Assembly (NCBI GenBank): GCA_963804165.1
Contig: CAWDPO010000017.1
Location: forward strand, 224,001-288,000
Source of the DNA: an uncultured delta proteobacterium
Lineage (GTDB): Bacteria; Desulfobacterota; Binatia; UBA9968
Direction of reading: 5' to 3'
DNA: 64,000 nucleotides
Part shown: piece by piece, positions 39,289 to 48,902 of the stretch
How the letters are laid out: each line of letters starts with the position of its first letter
How positions within the stretch are numbered: the stretch's first letter is position 1
Position numbers and translations under genes: made by a program
Notes under the pieces: model-generated
What the model was told of the DNA's origin: nothing
The model's input: the letters and a program-made list of their open reading frames with translations, nothing else
The model's database searches: none

Positions 39289-40236
39289 CTACTGCTTAGC
39301 CCCAAGCTCCCTCTGCGCCTCTTTGATAAGGGAGAGATCGGCGACTTCGCTCAGGGCAACGTCACGAGTCACCTTCATTGTCGCCTTTCTCTCTTCAACC
39401 ATCACTCGGAGGCCTTTTTCGCAAACACTGGTATCGTCATTATAAACTCTATACACACCGTCATAGGTGGCCGCTGCGATTTCTTTATTGACCTTCAACC
39501 AGTCCATGATGAACTGGATCGTGCCATCGCGATTGCCGCGGATATAGCGGGTCGCTTTGATGCCGGCTTTGATGACGCGCTTGACTTCATCGGGTTTGTC
39601 TTGGATTTTCTTGATACCGGTGACTAATCCCGTCTCGGGAAAGACGAGAACATCCTCGGCCTTGACAAGAATATTAAAACCTTTCTTCTTCGCCTCGAAA
39701 TCCAGCGGCGGGGCTAGCACGGCAGCATCGAGCAAGCCCTGGGTGAGCCTGATGAAGCGGGCCTCGACCGCGCCGACGGCGACGAACTTCATATCTTTGT
39801 CCGGATCGAGACCGAAGTGCTTGGCGATGACTCGCGCCGTGAAAATAGAAACGCCGGCAAACGTGGAAATCCCAACGGTCTTGCCCCGAAGCTCCTGAAC
39901 TGACTTGATCTCAGGCCGAGCGACGAGCGCGAGCACGGGAGTGGGCACGAAGCACGCCACCACCTTGATCGGCAATCCTGAAATCGGACCTCCGAGTGTC
40001 ATGCCGGTACTGTAGTCCACTTCGCCGCTGCTCAAGGCAGCGCTGGCGGCTCCGCCGGTGACGCGGATGATTTCAGCCTCAAATCCCTCTTCTTTAAGGA
40101 AGCCTCTTTTATGCGCCAAGGAGTAGGTCATAAACTGGCCGCTCAAGTTTCCGATACTGATTCTGATCTTGTCTGCCGCGTCGGCGCATGTTTGAAGTAC
40201 GAGTACTGCAAGCAAGGCAACAGAAAACTGGTGCAT
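39289..40236 (-). CDS. NMT1/SsuA-type ABC substrate-binding protein
   Basis: Signal peptide; KRGFLKEEG, ELRGKTVGI, AVLAPP. Confidence 0.85.
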   Translation of the reverse strand: MHQFSVALLAVLVLQTCADAADKIRISIGNLSGQFMTYSLAHKRGFLKEEGFEAEIIRVTGGAASAALSSGEVDYSTGMTLGGPISGLPIKVVACFVPTPVLALVARPEIKSVQELRGKTVGISTFAGVSIFTARVIAKHFGLDPDKDMKFVAVGAVEARFIRLTQGLLDAAVLAPPLDFEAKKKGFNILVKAEDVLVFPETGLVTGIKKIQDKPDEVKRVIKAGIKATRYIRGNRDGTIQFIMDWLKVNKEIAAATYDGVYRVYNDDTSVCEKGLRVMVEERKATMKVTRDVALSEVADLSLIKEAQRELGAKQ

Positions 40237-40394
40237 CGAGAACCTCTATTACAGACGACTAAGGACCTTCCAGATTTCCAGGCGAATTATGTCGGCGCTC
40301 AGGATGGCAGCAGCACTGAATCGTTTCATCAAGCCTTTGCTAGATTTGCTCATTCGGCATTTGCACAGAACGCGCGACGGCCACGACATGCGAA

Positions 40395-40898
40395 TTAGCC
40401 GCCGGTCGTGGCGGCGAGCAAAGCGCGACGGCGTTCCAGGCTCTCTTTCGACCAATATTTAGCGCTCTGGTAATATTCTTCAACCGCCGGTGTGTCTGGT
40501 GGAAGCACGATCCAGGGTTGCTTCGACGAGGTGTAGATATGAATGTCGGGCGGCAAGCGATCGGGGTCGTCGAGTGTGCCGACGCGCACGAAGCGCATAG
40601 CGTCCCCTACGCCAGCGTAGTTGCTCCAGAGAGCGATGCGGCACGTTGGACAGCGGACGATCTTCTGGCCTTTTCCACTGTTCGACGGCGTGTTCACGGC
40701 CTCGGGCTCGCCTTTCAGCAAAATCACGCGGTCAGCTTCGATCAGAGCATTTAAAGCGAAGGCCGCTCCTGTTTCACGCTGACACCAGCGGCAATGACAG
40801 CAATGAACGAACAACGGTCTGGTCGTCATTCGATAGCGCACCGCGCGACAGGTGCAACCGCCTTCCGCAGGGAAATCATTATCGGTAATCATTGCCAA
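40395..40898 (-). CDS. GFA (CENP-V/glutathione-dependent formaldehyde-activating) family protein
   Basis: EGGCTCRAVRY, CCHCRWCQ, CPTC, GTLDDP, HIYTSSKQPW. Confidence 0.9.
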   Translation of the reverse strand: MAMITDNDFPAEGGCTCRAVRYRMTTRPLFVHCCHCRWCQRETGAAFALNALIEADRVILLKGEPEAVNTPSNSGKGQKIVRCPTCRIALWSNYAGVGDAMRFVRVGTLDDPDRLPPDIHIYTSSKQPWIVLPPDTPAVEEYYQSAKYWSKESLERRRALLAATTGG

Positions 40899-40985
40899 CT
40901 CCTCAGGGTGTTTTTAGAAAGCGCAGCTGGTCGAATTGTAAAGTCGCGGAAGCCACCGCTCGCAGAACGGGCGTCGAACAGGTAG

Positions 40986-41453
40986 TTAGCTCTGGTTTGC
41001 ACATCTATATTTCACACCTAGACTGTCGGCGAAGGTTTTTATCCGCGACTCCGGTATCGACAAGTCGATCCACATGCAGTTCGAGAAAGCGTCGGGCCAC
41101 TCCAATAGTGGCACGCGCTCTATGTAGAGAAAAAGATGGTCAAAGAGTTCCGGCTCGGCGTGATGCAGCGAGGCGCTGGCTAAAGCCTCGCATAGCGTTG
41201 CTGTAAAGCTGCACCGGAACTGTAGGATGGTACCGGTTGACCAGAGCGTTTGTGGCTTCGGTAGGTAGGGACCAGGGTCAGTGTGTCGCTCGAAGATCGT
41301 GACGATACTCGGAGCGGTCGATGTGCACTCGAAGAATACAGTGGTTGCCTCGGGGAAGGTTGGGGCGAGCAATTGCAGGAATGTGGTGCTGTCAACTCTC
41401 CGATCCTCGAGCTCCCAGCATGGTCCCAATGGAAGGGTAAGTGGAATTTGCAT
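40986..41453 (-). CDS. hypothetical protein
   Basis: 155-aa ORF; HAEPELFDHLFLY..LLEWPDAF motif; family not recognised. Confidence 0.6.
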   Translation of the reverse strand: MQIPLTLPLGPCWELEDRRVDSTTFLQLLAPTFPEATTVFFECTSTAPSIVTIFERHTDPGPYLPKPQTLWSTGTILQFRCSFTATLCEALASASLHHAEPELFDHLFLYIERVPLLEWPDAFSNCMWIDLSIPESRIKTFADSLGVKYRCANQS

Positions 41454-41538
41454 TGGTTTAGGAATTGTAGGACCCCAAGATCATCGCGGTCGCGAACCCT
41501 CCGACGAACGCAAGCGTAATCTTCGCGAGCTGGGAATA

Positions 41539-42567
41539 CTATTTCTCCAGCAAACGCTTCATGCGATCAACCACTTCTGGAGGTTGGGCGATGACATCGC
41601 GGGCCAGCGTTTCGAGGTCGTGGCCGGCAACAGGATCGATCTCCAATCTCCGTTCTTTGGCTTGCGCCTGAAAATCCGCATCGTTGAGTGTTTTTGCGAA
41701 GGCGCTCTTGAGGATTTTCGCGCGGTCCGGCGGCAGGCCGGGCGAGCTGACGTAGGGCCGGCCGAATGCGCCGACCGCAAGAATGATCGTCGCCAGGCGT
41801 TTGCCCGCCTCCGGAGTTTTGTACTCGTTCATAAGCTCCCAGATGGTCGGAACTTCGGACAGTCTCGGGTCGCGCTTTTTACCGGTTTGGATCAATACGC
41901 GGACAAAACCATTCTTGAACCAGGTGATGAGCGGTTCTCGTCCGAACAAGGTTTCGACGGAGATGCCGCGGCAATGAACCTCTTCGCGCTCGACGGCGAG
42001 CTCGATTTCGGGACCGTCTTTATACCCGGTGAGCGTGACGAACTTTGCTCCGAGCGTTTCCTCCAATAGGTTTCCGGTATAGTAACCGGTCGACGACGTG
42101 CCAGTGGCGCCGCATTTCGGCGGCACGGTTGCATTGCGCACGTCTTGAATCGTCTTGTACGGCGTGGTGGCGCGGATGTAGATAAGCTGCTCGACCTGGG
42201 TCGGCGTGCCGAGCCAGGTAAATTTCCGCCAGTCGAACTGAACTTCTTTTCTGCCCACCAATTGATCGAAATAAAGACCGGCGCGAATCCCGCCGAGAGT
42301 GAGCCCGTCGGGCTTGGCGACTTTGTAAACGTAGTTGGCCGCGATCATCGCGCCGGCGCCGGGCATATTCTGGACGATGAAGTTAGGATTTCCCGGGATG
42401 TACTTGCCGAGGTAACGGGCGATCAACCGCGTCCATGCGTCATCGACACTCCCCGCGCCGTACCCGGCGACGATTCTAATGGTCTTGTCTTGATAGAACG
42501 GCGCTTGGCACCATGTGTTGACGGGTGAAACAAAGACGAGAGCGAGAACGAAAAAGATTCGGTTCAT
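41539..42567 (-). CDS. TctC/Bug substrate-binding protein
   Basis: FYQDKTIRIV, IPGNP, VQNMPGAG, KPDGLT. Confidence 0.9.
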   Translation of the reverse strand: MNRIFFVLALVFVSPVNTWCQAPFYQDKTIRIVAGYGAGSVDDAWTRLIARYLGKYIPGNPNFIVQNMPGAGAMIAANYVYKVAKPDGLTLGGIRAGLYFDQLVGRKEVQFDWRKFTWLGTPTQVEQLIYIRATTPYKTIQDVRNATVPPKCGATGTSSTGYYTGNLLEETLGAKFVTLTGYKDGPEIELAVEREEVHCRGISVETLFGREPLITWFKNGFVRVLIQTGKKRDPRLSEVPTIWELMNEYKTPEAGKRLATIILAVGAFGRPYVSSPGLPPDRAKILKSAFAKTLNDADFQAQAKERRLEIDPVAGHDLETLARDVIAQPPEVVDRMKRLLEK

Positions 42568-42700
42568 GGCAAACCTCCCCGTGCGTCATTTGTCGGCGCG
42601 GAGCATACTCGGTTTGCTATGATAGATACAAGCGAGAAAACGGGAACACATTTTACCGCGGAGACGCAGAGTTCGCAGAGGTAATACCTCTATTCCTGCG

Positions 42701-43687
42701 TTATTTGCCCAGGCCTTTCTGTTCCAGCTCTCTTTTAACTTCTTCGACAAATCGAAGCTCCATCACGCGCTGAACGGGCATGGTTTCGTTCATTTTCATC
42801 GGCTCGCGGATCTCGTACTCAAGAATATTCTTGATTCCCTCTGCCGACGGGACGCCGGGCACGCCGGGAGCGAATGCGCGCGTGTACGCCTTGGTGGCGT
42901 CGATGAGCATGGCGCGATTGATGTTGCCCAGTTGAAGTTTCTTGATGCCGATATCCGCCGCGTCCTCCGGACGCTCGCGCATGAATAGCAGCGCGCGAAC
43001 CATCGCGCGCACCCAGCGTTTTACCTGCGCCGGATTATCGGCGATCTTCTTGTCGGTGGCGACGTAGCCTTGGAATGGCAAGGGAAATAAGTCGCCGAGG
43101 AAAGCCAGGGATCGCAGTCCCTCTTTTTCCGCCACGATCACGCCGCCGGGATCGAGCACCGCGGCGTGGAGCGAGCCGGCCTTGATGGCGGCGATCCGCG
43201 CACCGGAGCTGGTGCCCATAGGGATACGCGTGATGTCTTTCGCCGACAGGCCGCCCCGTTCGACAAACATCGTCGAGAAACGATCTTCGCTATCGCCGAT
43301 CAGTCCAACGCCGACCTTTTTGCCCTTGAGATCGGTGATCTGTTTGATGCTCGGGTGCACCACGAAATACCAAGTAACTTTTTCGGTTTGGTACAGGATC
43401 GCTTTGAGCTCCGCTCCCTTGGCGGCCGCGCGCAGACCGCTGCCGCCGGCGCCGCTGAAGTCGACGTTGCCGCTCACCAAGGCGGCGATGGCCGCCGGAC
43501 CGCCGATCACGATGGTTTCGTTCTCCAAGCCCTCGTCTCTGAAGAAACCCTTGGCCTCGGCGACATAAATCGAAAGATAGTTGAGGCTTGCGCGCGGCAC
43601 CGCGGTGCGGATCTTTTCAGCTGCCGCGGAGTTTACTAGAATCAGGCAAAGGCCGGCCGAGATCAATTGCACGAAACGGAAAATCAT
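42701..43687 (-). CDS. NMT1/SsuA-type ABC substrate-binding protein
   Basis: GGAGG RBS; signal peptide; AKGFFRDEGL, DLKGKKVGV. Confidence 0.85.
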   Translation of the reverse strand: MIFRFVQLISAGLCLILVNSAAAEKIRTAVPRASLNYLSIYVAEAKGFFRDEGLENETIVIGGPAAIAALVSGNVDFSGAGGSGLRAAAKGAELKAILYQTEKVTWYFVVHPSIKQITDLKGKKVGVGLIGDSEDRFSTMFVERGGLSAKDITRIPMGTSSGARIAAIKAGSLHAAVLDPGGVIVAEKEGLRSLAFLGDLFPLPFQGYVATDKKIADNPAQVKRWVRAMVRALLFMRERPEDAADIGIKKLQLGNINRAMLIDATKAYTRAFAPGVPGVPSAEGIKNILEYEIREPMKMNETMPVQRVMELRFVEEVKRELEQKGLGK

Positions 43688-43849
43688 AAAAACTCCACCT
43701 CCGGCTTGCGAAAATCGCGCGGACAAAAATTTGTACCCGAGACAATGAGTACGCCGGCCTTTCCGGTCAAGCGAATCGGTACGCGGGGTTTCATAGAGGT
43801 GGAAAAAGGTCGAAGGAAGGGCAGGAGGGCATTAGGGCATTTCGCGTCG

Positions 43850-44323
43850 CTACTCCGGCTGAGATTTGGCGCGCCTCTCGGCTATGACCTTGAGCGCGTT
43901 TTGCTTCGTGGACACGAACCAATTCATGTGTCGACGCAGGAAGAGCAGATCGGCGAGTCGGCCGATAACTCCGAAAGGAGCTTCCCACTCGAGGGTGTCG
44001 CGCATGACGGTTGCTCCGTTCTCAACCTCGAATTCATGAACGTGACGGAGCCGCTTGAACGCGCCCTGGACCATTTCATCGACGAAACGGGTAGGGCGAT
44101 CGAGTGCGGTGATCCGAGCGACGAACCGCTGGGTGATACCGAAGTGACGACCTTCGAAGGCGACGAGGTCACCGATCTCGAGCAGGCCCTGCGTTCGGCC
44201 CGGTTCGACGACTCGCTCGGAGGAGAATGCGGCCGATTCGGCGTGAGCACCCACGTCACGCGCAAGATCGAAGCACAGCTCGATGGGCGCTCGGATTCGG
44301 GTTGCGATAACGATCGTGGTCAT
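43850..44323 (-). CDS. SRPBCC (START-like) family protein
   Basis: IRAPIELCFDL, FVDEMVQGAFK..HVHEF, MRDTL. Confidence 0.85.
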   Translation of the reverse strand: MTTIVIATRIRAPIELCFDLARDVGAHAESAAFSSERVVEPGRTQGLLEIGDLVAFEGRHFGITQRFVARITALDRPTRFVDEMVQGAFKRLRHVHEFEVENGATVMRDTLEWEAPFGVIGRLADLLFLRRHMNWFVSTKQNALKVIAERRAKSQPE

Positions 44324-44345
44324 CACTCTGCTGTATATCAGGAGT

Positions 44346-45617
44346 CTATTCCTCCGACTTGAAATCCAGCATTCCTTGGAACTCCAGTCCTTCGATTTCC
44401 TGAAGCGTTTTCCCGGCGATGCCTTGCAGGTCGCCATACATGCCGACGGTGGCTTGCATGACGCGGTCGATTTGTTCTTCGCGCTTGGCCCACTGGCGGG
44501 TGATGGCTTTCTTCTCGCGGTCGAGATCTTCTTTCATGGATGAGAATGCTTCGACAATCGCTTGAACACGCTGGCGAAAACGCGGTCCGGTGAGATAGCC
44601 GTAGACCATTTCCATTTTCGTCTGCTGGCCTTCTGAAGCTTGGCGCGCCGATGCGACTTCGATCAGCGTCTGGCGCAACGAAAGTGCAACCGGCAGCGCC
44701 ACTTTCGGATCGGCGACCCAGACGCCCTCGACGAAGCCGAATGTTTCGATGTCTTTAGGCATCGCCTGACTGACGATAACGGCGATCTCGGCTTTCGCCG
44801 TTCTCTGGTCCTCACGCAGCTTGGGCAACCAGCCATCGCTCCAGTTTTTGGTCCGTTTGCATTCCCAAAGAATGGTGCCGCAAACTTGATTGAGTGGTCC
44901 GATGACGCGTTGGAGCACGTCGCCGCCAAATTCGCCTTTCGGAACCGGCTGGATCGTGTCGCGCGGAAATTTCGCGGTAAGCAGAGCTTCCAACTCCATT
45001 TCTTGAACTTCTCCTTGAAGTTGCTGCGAGCCCTGCTCGGCGCGGCGCTTCAATTCTTCGATCTGCTTTTGCATCGCAGTGATGGTTTGATCTTTCTCCA
45101 TCACTTTGAGCTTGAGTTCTTCCTCAGCTTCTTTTTTGGCTTTATCCCGTTCTGCGCTGAGATCGGCCTGCACGCGCTTCTCGATGGTTAGATCGAGCTC
45201 GCGTTTGGCGTCGTCCAGTTCACGCTCCTTGCGAATCAGCTCGGCCTGGGTCTTTTGTGCTTCCGCCAGTTTTATATCTCGCTGTTTCAATACTTCCTGG
45301 AGGGTATTGATTTCCTTGGCTTTCTGATCGAGATCATTGCCGAACGCGAGCTTGGCTTTCTGTTGTTCTTCGGTCGCGATGCGGAGACGTTCTTGCTGAA
45401 GTTTTTGGGCGACTTGTTGATCTAAGGTCGCTTTCGCTCTTTCCAAGGATTGCGCGCGTTCGGTGAGCGCTTGTTCGCGTTTGGTCATGTCGGTGTCTTT
45501 TTGCGATAAGCGCTGCTCATAATCGCGCCGGACGGATTCGAGCAAAGGCGCGGCGAGCGACTCGGTCAGTTTGATCTCCGTTTTACACTGCGGACAAACG
45601 ATAGTCGGTTCGGCCAT
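44346..45617 (-). CDS. DUF2130-like coiled-coil protein with PD-(D/E)xK-like C-terminal domain
   Basis: N-terminal CPQC, long coiled coil, GSQQLQGEVQE, GGD..ILWECKRTKNWS. Confidence 0.85.
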   Translation of the reverse strand: MAEPTIVCPQCKTEIKLTESLAAPLLESVRRDYEQRLSQKDTDMTKREQALTERAQSLERAKATLDQQVAQKLQQERLRIATEEQQKAKLAFGNDLDQKAKEINTLQEVLKQRDIKLAEAQKTQAELIRKERELDDAKRELDLTIEKRVQADLSAERDKAKKEAEEELKLKVMEKDQTITAMQKQIEELKRRAEQGSQQLQGEVQEMELEALLTAKFPRDTIQPVPKGEFGGDVLQRVIGPLNQVCGTILWECKRTKNWSDGWLPKLREDQRTAKAEIAVIVSQAMPKDIETFGFVEGVWVADPKVALPVALSLRQTLIEVASARQASEGQQTKMEMVYGYLTGPRFRQRVQAIVEAFSSMKEDLDREKKAITRQWAKREEQIDRVMQATVGMYGDLQGIAGKTLQEIEGLEFQGMLDFKSEE

Positions 45618-45663
45618 GAATATTCCCTTGTTCAGAGTTTCTAATTGCTCAAAGGAAGTTAGT

Positions 45664-45957
45664 TTAGATTCGATCGATCCAGTAGCGGGGCCGACGATGT
45701 AAGTGAGCTACGGTGCGATAACAACGATGGTATCGCCGTCGACGCCGTATATCACGCCGTAGGGGGAATCGAGCGATCAGGCCTCGTCGAATTACCGGTT
45801 CAATTTCTGGGCAAGACAGTGGGAAACTGATCGCACGCCGAACCGTCCGGTCGAGTTCGTCGAGAAACTCTTGACCCAGATCGTCTGCTTGTTGGTTGTA
45901 CCAAAGGACGGCATTGTCCAGCTCTTGCTCGGCAAGCGTAAGAAAGCGTACTTTCAC
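45664..45957 (-). CDS. RelE/ParE family toxin (two compensating internal indels)
   Basis: AEQELDNAVLWYNQQ..LGQEF..RFP...VAHLHRRPRYW; YGVIYGVDGDTIVVI lies in a shifted frame. Confidence 0.85.
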   Translation of the reverse strand: MKVRFLTLAEQELDNAVLWYNQQADDLGQEFLDELDRTVRRAISFPLSCPEIEPVIRRGLIARFPLRRDIRRRRRYHRCYRTVAHLHRRPRYWIDRI

Positions 45958-46175
45958 GAGCGGCGGTGCTTTGCCATCGCAGTCTCGTAATCCACTGTTG
46001 GCACTTTACCGGCTTTGTACGCCGCCCAACGTTTACGGGCCTCGTCGGCCCAAACTCGGTCAATTTCAGGATCGGGTTTGTCCAGATCCTCGAGAATGAC
46101 GTCCAACAATTGAAGTTTGTCGGTGTCTGGCAACTCCTGAATTTCCGCTGCGAGTTTTTCTAAGGTCTTTGCCAT
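45954..46175 (-). CDS. addiction module antitoxin (putative addiction module component family)
   Basis: LPDTDKLQL..EIDRVWADEARKRW..YKAGK; GTGA overlap with the toxin. Confidence 0.85.
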   Translation of the reverse strand: MAKTLEKLAAEIQELPDTDKLQLLDVILEDLDKPDPEIDRVWADEARKRWAAYKAGKVPTVDYETAMAKHRRS

Positions 46176-46269
46176 GTAGATCTCCCAATCGGCTTAGATA
46201 CGCTACATTATAACAAGCGGAGTGATTACCCAAATTGCTTTGGTCTGCCGCTTATTGTCAATTTGTGCT

Positions 46270-47430
46270 TTACTTTAAATTGCCTGACACTTGGTTGATC
46301 AAATTTTGCACCGGTTTCATATCCATCCAATCGGGATTCCACATAAGCAAATACTTGACGCCGTCGCGGCGGCGCATCAGGGGATGGACGTCGCTTTTCG
46401 GGATATCGATTCGCAGAGAGTCGGTGCGGCCAGCGGGTTCGCGGTCGCGTTGCAAAGCGATCTGGCCGTCGCGCGAAAGCAGCCAGTTGATCAAAATTTT
46501 TGCGGCATTGGGATGCGCCGGTTTATCCATTAAGGCATGCGCGCCGCCTATGGCGTCCAACCCGACGCCTTCCTTCCAGCCGCCGGTGTCGAGAATCTGA
46601 ACCGAGAGGCCTTGCTCCTTGGCATTTAACGTATCGTCGGATTGACTGAAGAGATAGAGCGCGAACCGTTTTTGCGCCAACCAGTCGGTCGCCTGGCGAT
46701 AGTCGCGCGAAAAGGTGATGTTCATTTCACTAAAGAGACGCCGCAGATAATTTGGTCCAAGTTCAGGATGATAATAGATAAAACGCGCGCCGTTGCGGCC
46801 TTCGCCTTGTTTGAGATCGGAAGCGACGATTTGGCGCTGCCATTTGGGATTGAGCAAATCCCAATAGGACTTGATTTCGGCTTGATTCAGCATCGACGTG
46901 TTGTAACTGGCGAACCGGACATAGACGCTGGCGGCGGGGACGAAGAGATATTTGCCCTCCGGGTCGGAATACTGGTGCTTGTTCTGCCACCACTTCGATT
47001 GATCCTTTACTTCCGGAAGGATCATGGCCGCGTTAATCGGCTGCAGTGCTTTGCCGCGGTAGAAGGAATGCGCGGATGTGAGGCCAAAGCGAATGACATC
47101 GGTGAGATATTTACCAGGACGGCGTTCTGCCATGATGCGTGAGACCAGCTCGGCGCAGGGGCCGTCCACGGATTCCAGCTTTATTCGTGGAAACTTATTC
47201 TGAAACTCGGCGAGATAAGCGTGGCTGCCGCAGCCGGAGTAGACGACTTGTCCTTCCTGCTCGGCTGCCTTGAGAGTTTTGTCCCATTCCGACTGCCAGT
47301 CTTCGGCGGGTTGGGCGGCTTGAAGAGGGAAGGCTGCAACTTGCAATGTGACCAGCAGGGCAACGAAAAGAGTCTGGATTTCCACTTTCGCGGGAATGAT
47401 GGGAGGATGAATGGCCGCGTACGAACTCAT
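46270..47430 (-). CDS. extracellular solute-binding protein (PBP2-type); start uncertain
   Basis: WDKTLKAAEQEGQV, SYWDLLNPKW, AHPNAAKILINWLLSRDGQ. Confidence 0.85.
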   Translation of the reverse strand: MSSYAAIHPPIIPAKVEIQTLFVALLVTLQVAAFPLQAAQPAEDWQSEWDKTLKAAEQEGQVVYSGCGSHAYLAEFQNKFPRIKLESVDGPCAELVSRIMAERRPGKYLTDVIRFGLTSAHSFYRGKALQPINAAMILPEVKDQSKWWQNKHQYSDPEGKYLFVPAASVYVRFASYNTSMLNQAEIKSYWDLLNPKWQRQIVASDLKQGEGRNGARFIYYHPELGPNYLRRLFSEMNITFSRDYRQATDWLAQKRFALYLFSQSDDTLNAKEQGLSVQILDTGGWKEGVGLDAIGGAHALMDKPAHPNAAKILINWLLSRDGQIALQRDREPAGRTDSLRIDIPKSDVHPLMRRRDGVKYLLMWNPDWMDMKPVQNLINQVSGNLK

Positions 47431-47482
47431 CAACCGGCAATAACCTTTGTGTTTTTTCGCGCGCTGCGTGGCGGCGGGCAAC

Positions 47483-48670
47483 TCAGGAGTTTCCAAGGTG
47501 GAAGAATTCCATCGCGTTGCCGCACACCATTTTGTGTTTTTCCGCATCGGGCACGCCGGCGAAGTTTTTATCGATGATTTTCAACGACTCGGGCCAGTCC
47601 GATTCTTGATGAGGGAAATCGGAGCCCCACATCAGACGATCGACGTTGATCTTATGGCGCGACTCAACGCCGACACGGTCGAATTGAAAGCCCCAGTAAA
47701 AGTATTCGCGAATGCATTCACTCGGCGGACGTTTCATCGGCTTTAGTCCAAGCAGGCGATCGGCCCAGCGGTGGTGGCGGTCGTAACGAACATCGGCGCC
47801 CTGCAGGAAGAATGGAATCCAGCCGATCTGATTCTCCGCGAAGAAAATCCGAAGAGTCGGGAAGCGATCGAAGAGCCCGGACAAAACCCACTGCACCGCC
47901 GCGATGGAACCGTTACCGCGCACTGGGCCGAAGCGTCCCACTTGTTCGACCAGATCGTGGGTAAGTTTCTTCATGAGCTCGTCCGATTCGTTCGGATATT
48001 TGAAAAGCGGTCCTTTGCGTTCGCCGGCGCGCTCAAGATCGACGTGCACGCTGATCGGCATGTTCAACTCCAGCGCGCGTGACCAGAAGGGATCGTCGTC
48101 ATCGGATGGATAAGATTTGCCGCTGGGAAAGCCCTGCAGCAAGACGGTTTTCAATCCTACTTCGGCGCAATAATTCAGCTCCGCTATAACGTCCGAAATA
48201 TTATTTACGAGAGGGAGAATTCCCACGCCGATGAGACGGTCGGGATCCACCGCGCAGTAGTCTTCGACGAGCCAGCTGTTGTAAGCGCGCACGACGGCTT
48301 TATACGCGTCGTCGTCTTCGATGCGGCGCCAAAATTTCGGCCCGCCTTGTTGCGAGGGGAAGAGCACTTCGGCGTCGATGCCGTCCCGGTCCTGCTCGGT
48401 GATGCGCTGGTCGGCGCTGCCCGTGCCCGGCGTGCCTTCATAGCGGCCATTGAAGGGGACGTAGTTGTCGCGTCCCCTGCCGCCGTAGAGATCCGCGGCC
48501 GCCGCCGGCCGCTTGATGTTGTCGCCGATCATCCAGGCATCGCTGCCATCTGGCTGGCCAACGAGGCGCGGCGCCAGCTCGCGATACTTCTTCGGCACAC
48601 GATCGAGCCAATGGCGGGAATCGATTTCCAAATGGGAGTCGGCGGAGATGTAGCGGTAGTTTCGTGACAC
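47483..48670 (-). CDS. amidohydrolase family 2 protein
   Basis: ISADSHLE, PISVH, WGSDFPHQE, GNAMEFF. Confidence 0.9.
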   Translation of the reverse strand: MSRNYRYISADSHLEIDSRHWLDRVPKKYRELAPRLVGQPDGSDAWMIGDNIKRPAAAADLYGGRGRDNYVPFNGRYEGTPGTGSADQRITEQDRDGIDAEVLFPSQQGGPKFWRRIEDDDAYKAVVRAYNSWLVEDYCAVDPDRLIGVGILPLVNNISDVIAELNYCAEVGLKTVLLQGFPSGKSYPSDDDDPFWSRALELNMPISVHVDLERAGERKGPLFKYPNESDELMKKLTHDLVEQVGRFGPVRGNGSIAAVQWVLSGLFDRFPTLRIFFAENQIGWIPFFLQGADVRYDRHHRWADRLLGLKPMKRPPSECIREYFYWGFQFDRVGVESRHKINVDRLMWGSDFPHQESDWPESLKIIDKNFAGVPDAEKHKMVCGNAMEFFHLGNS

Positions 48671-48902
48671 TGCGATTCCTTTCTTTCAAGTGGCGAGATG
48701 AGTCAGTTTTCCGTTCTAGGCAATTCGAATCTAAACGAATACTAGCGAAATCGATTGTCGCTGCCAAGCGAAAGAAATCGCTTAGACTAGACTGGACAGT
48801 TTGACGTAATCCGAGATACACGTGGCACAGTTTTCATCGGCAACAATCGTTCCCGCGGGCGATACGCCAAGTACGCCGCGAGAGTGCTAGGAGGTTAAGC
48901 GC

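Noticed and set aside
40940-40990. Further attC sites after genes ending in TAAC (40986 and 24501)
   Set aside because: Only the R''-like half is visible, with no complementary arm or GTT end; at most eroded remnants
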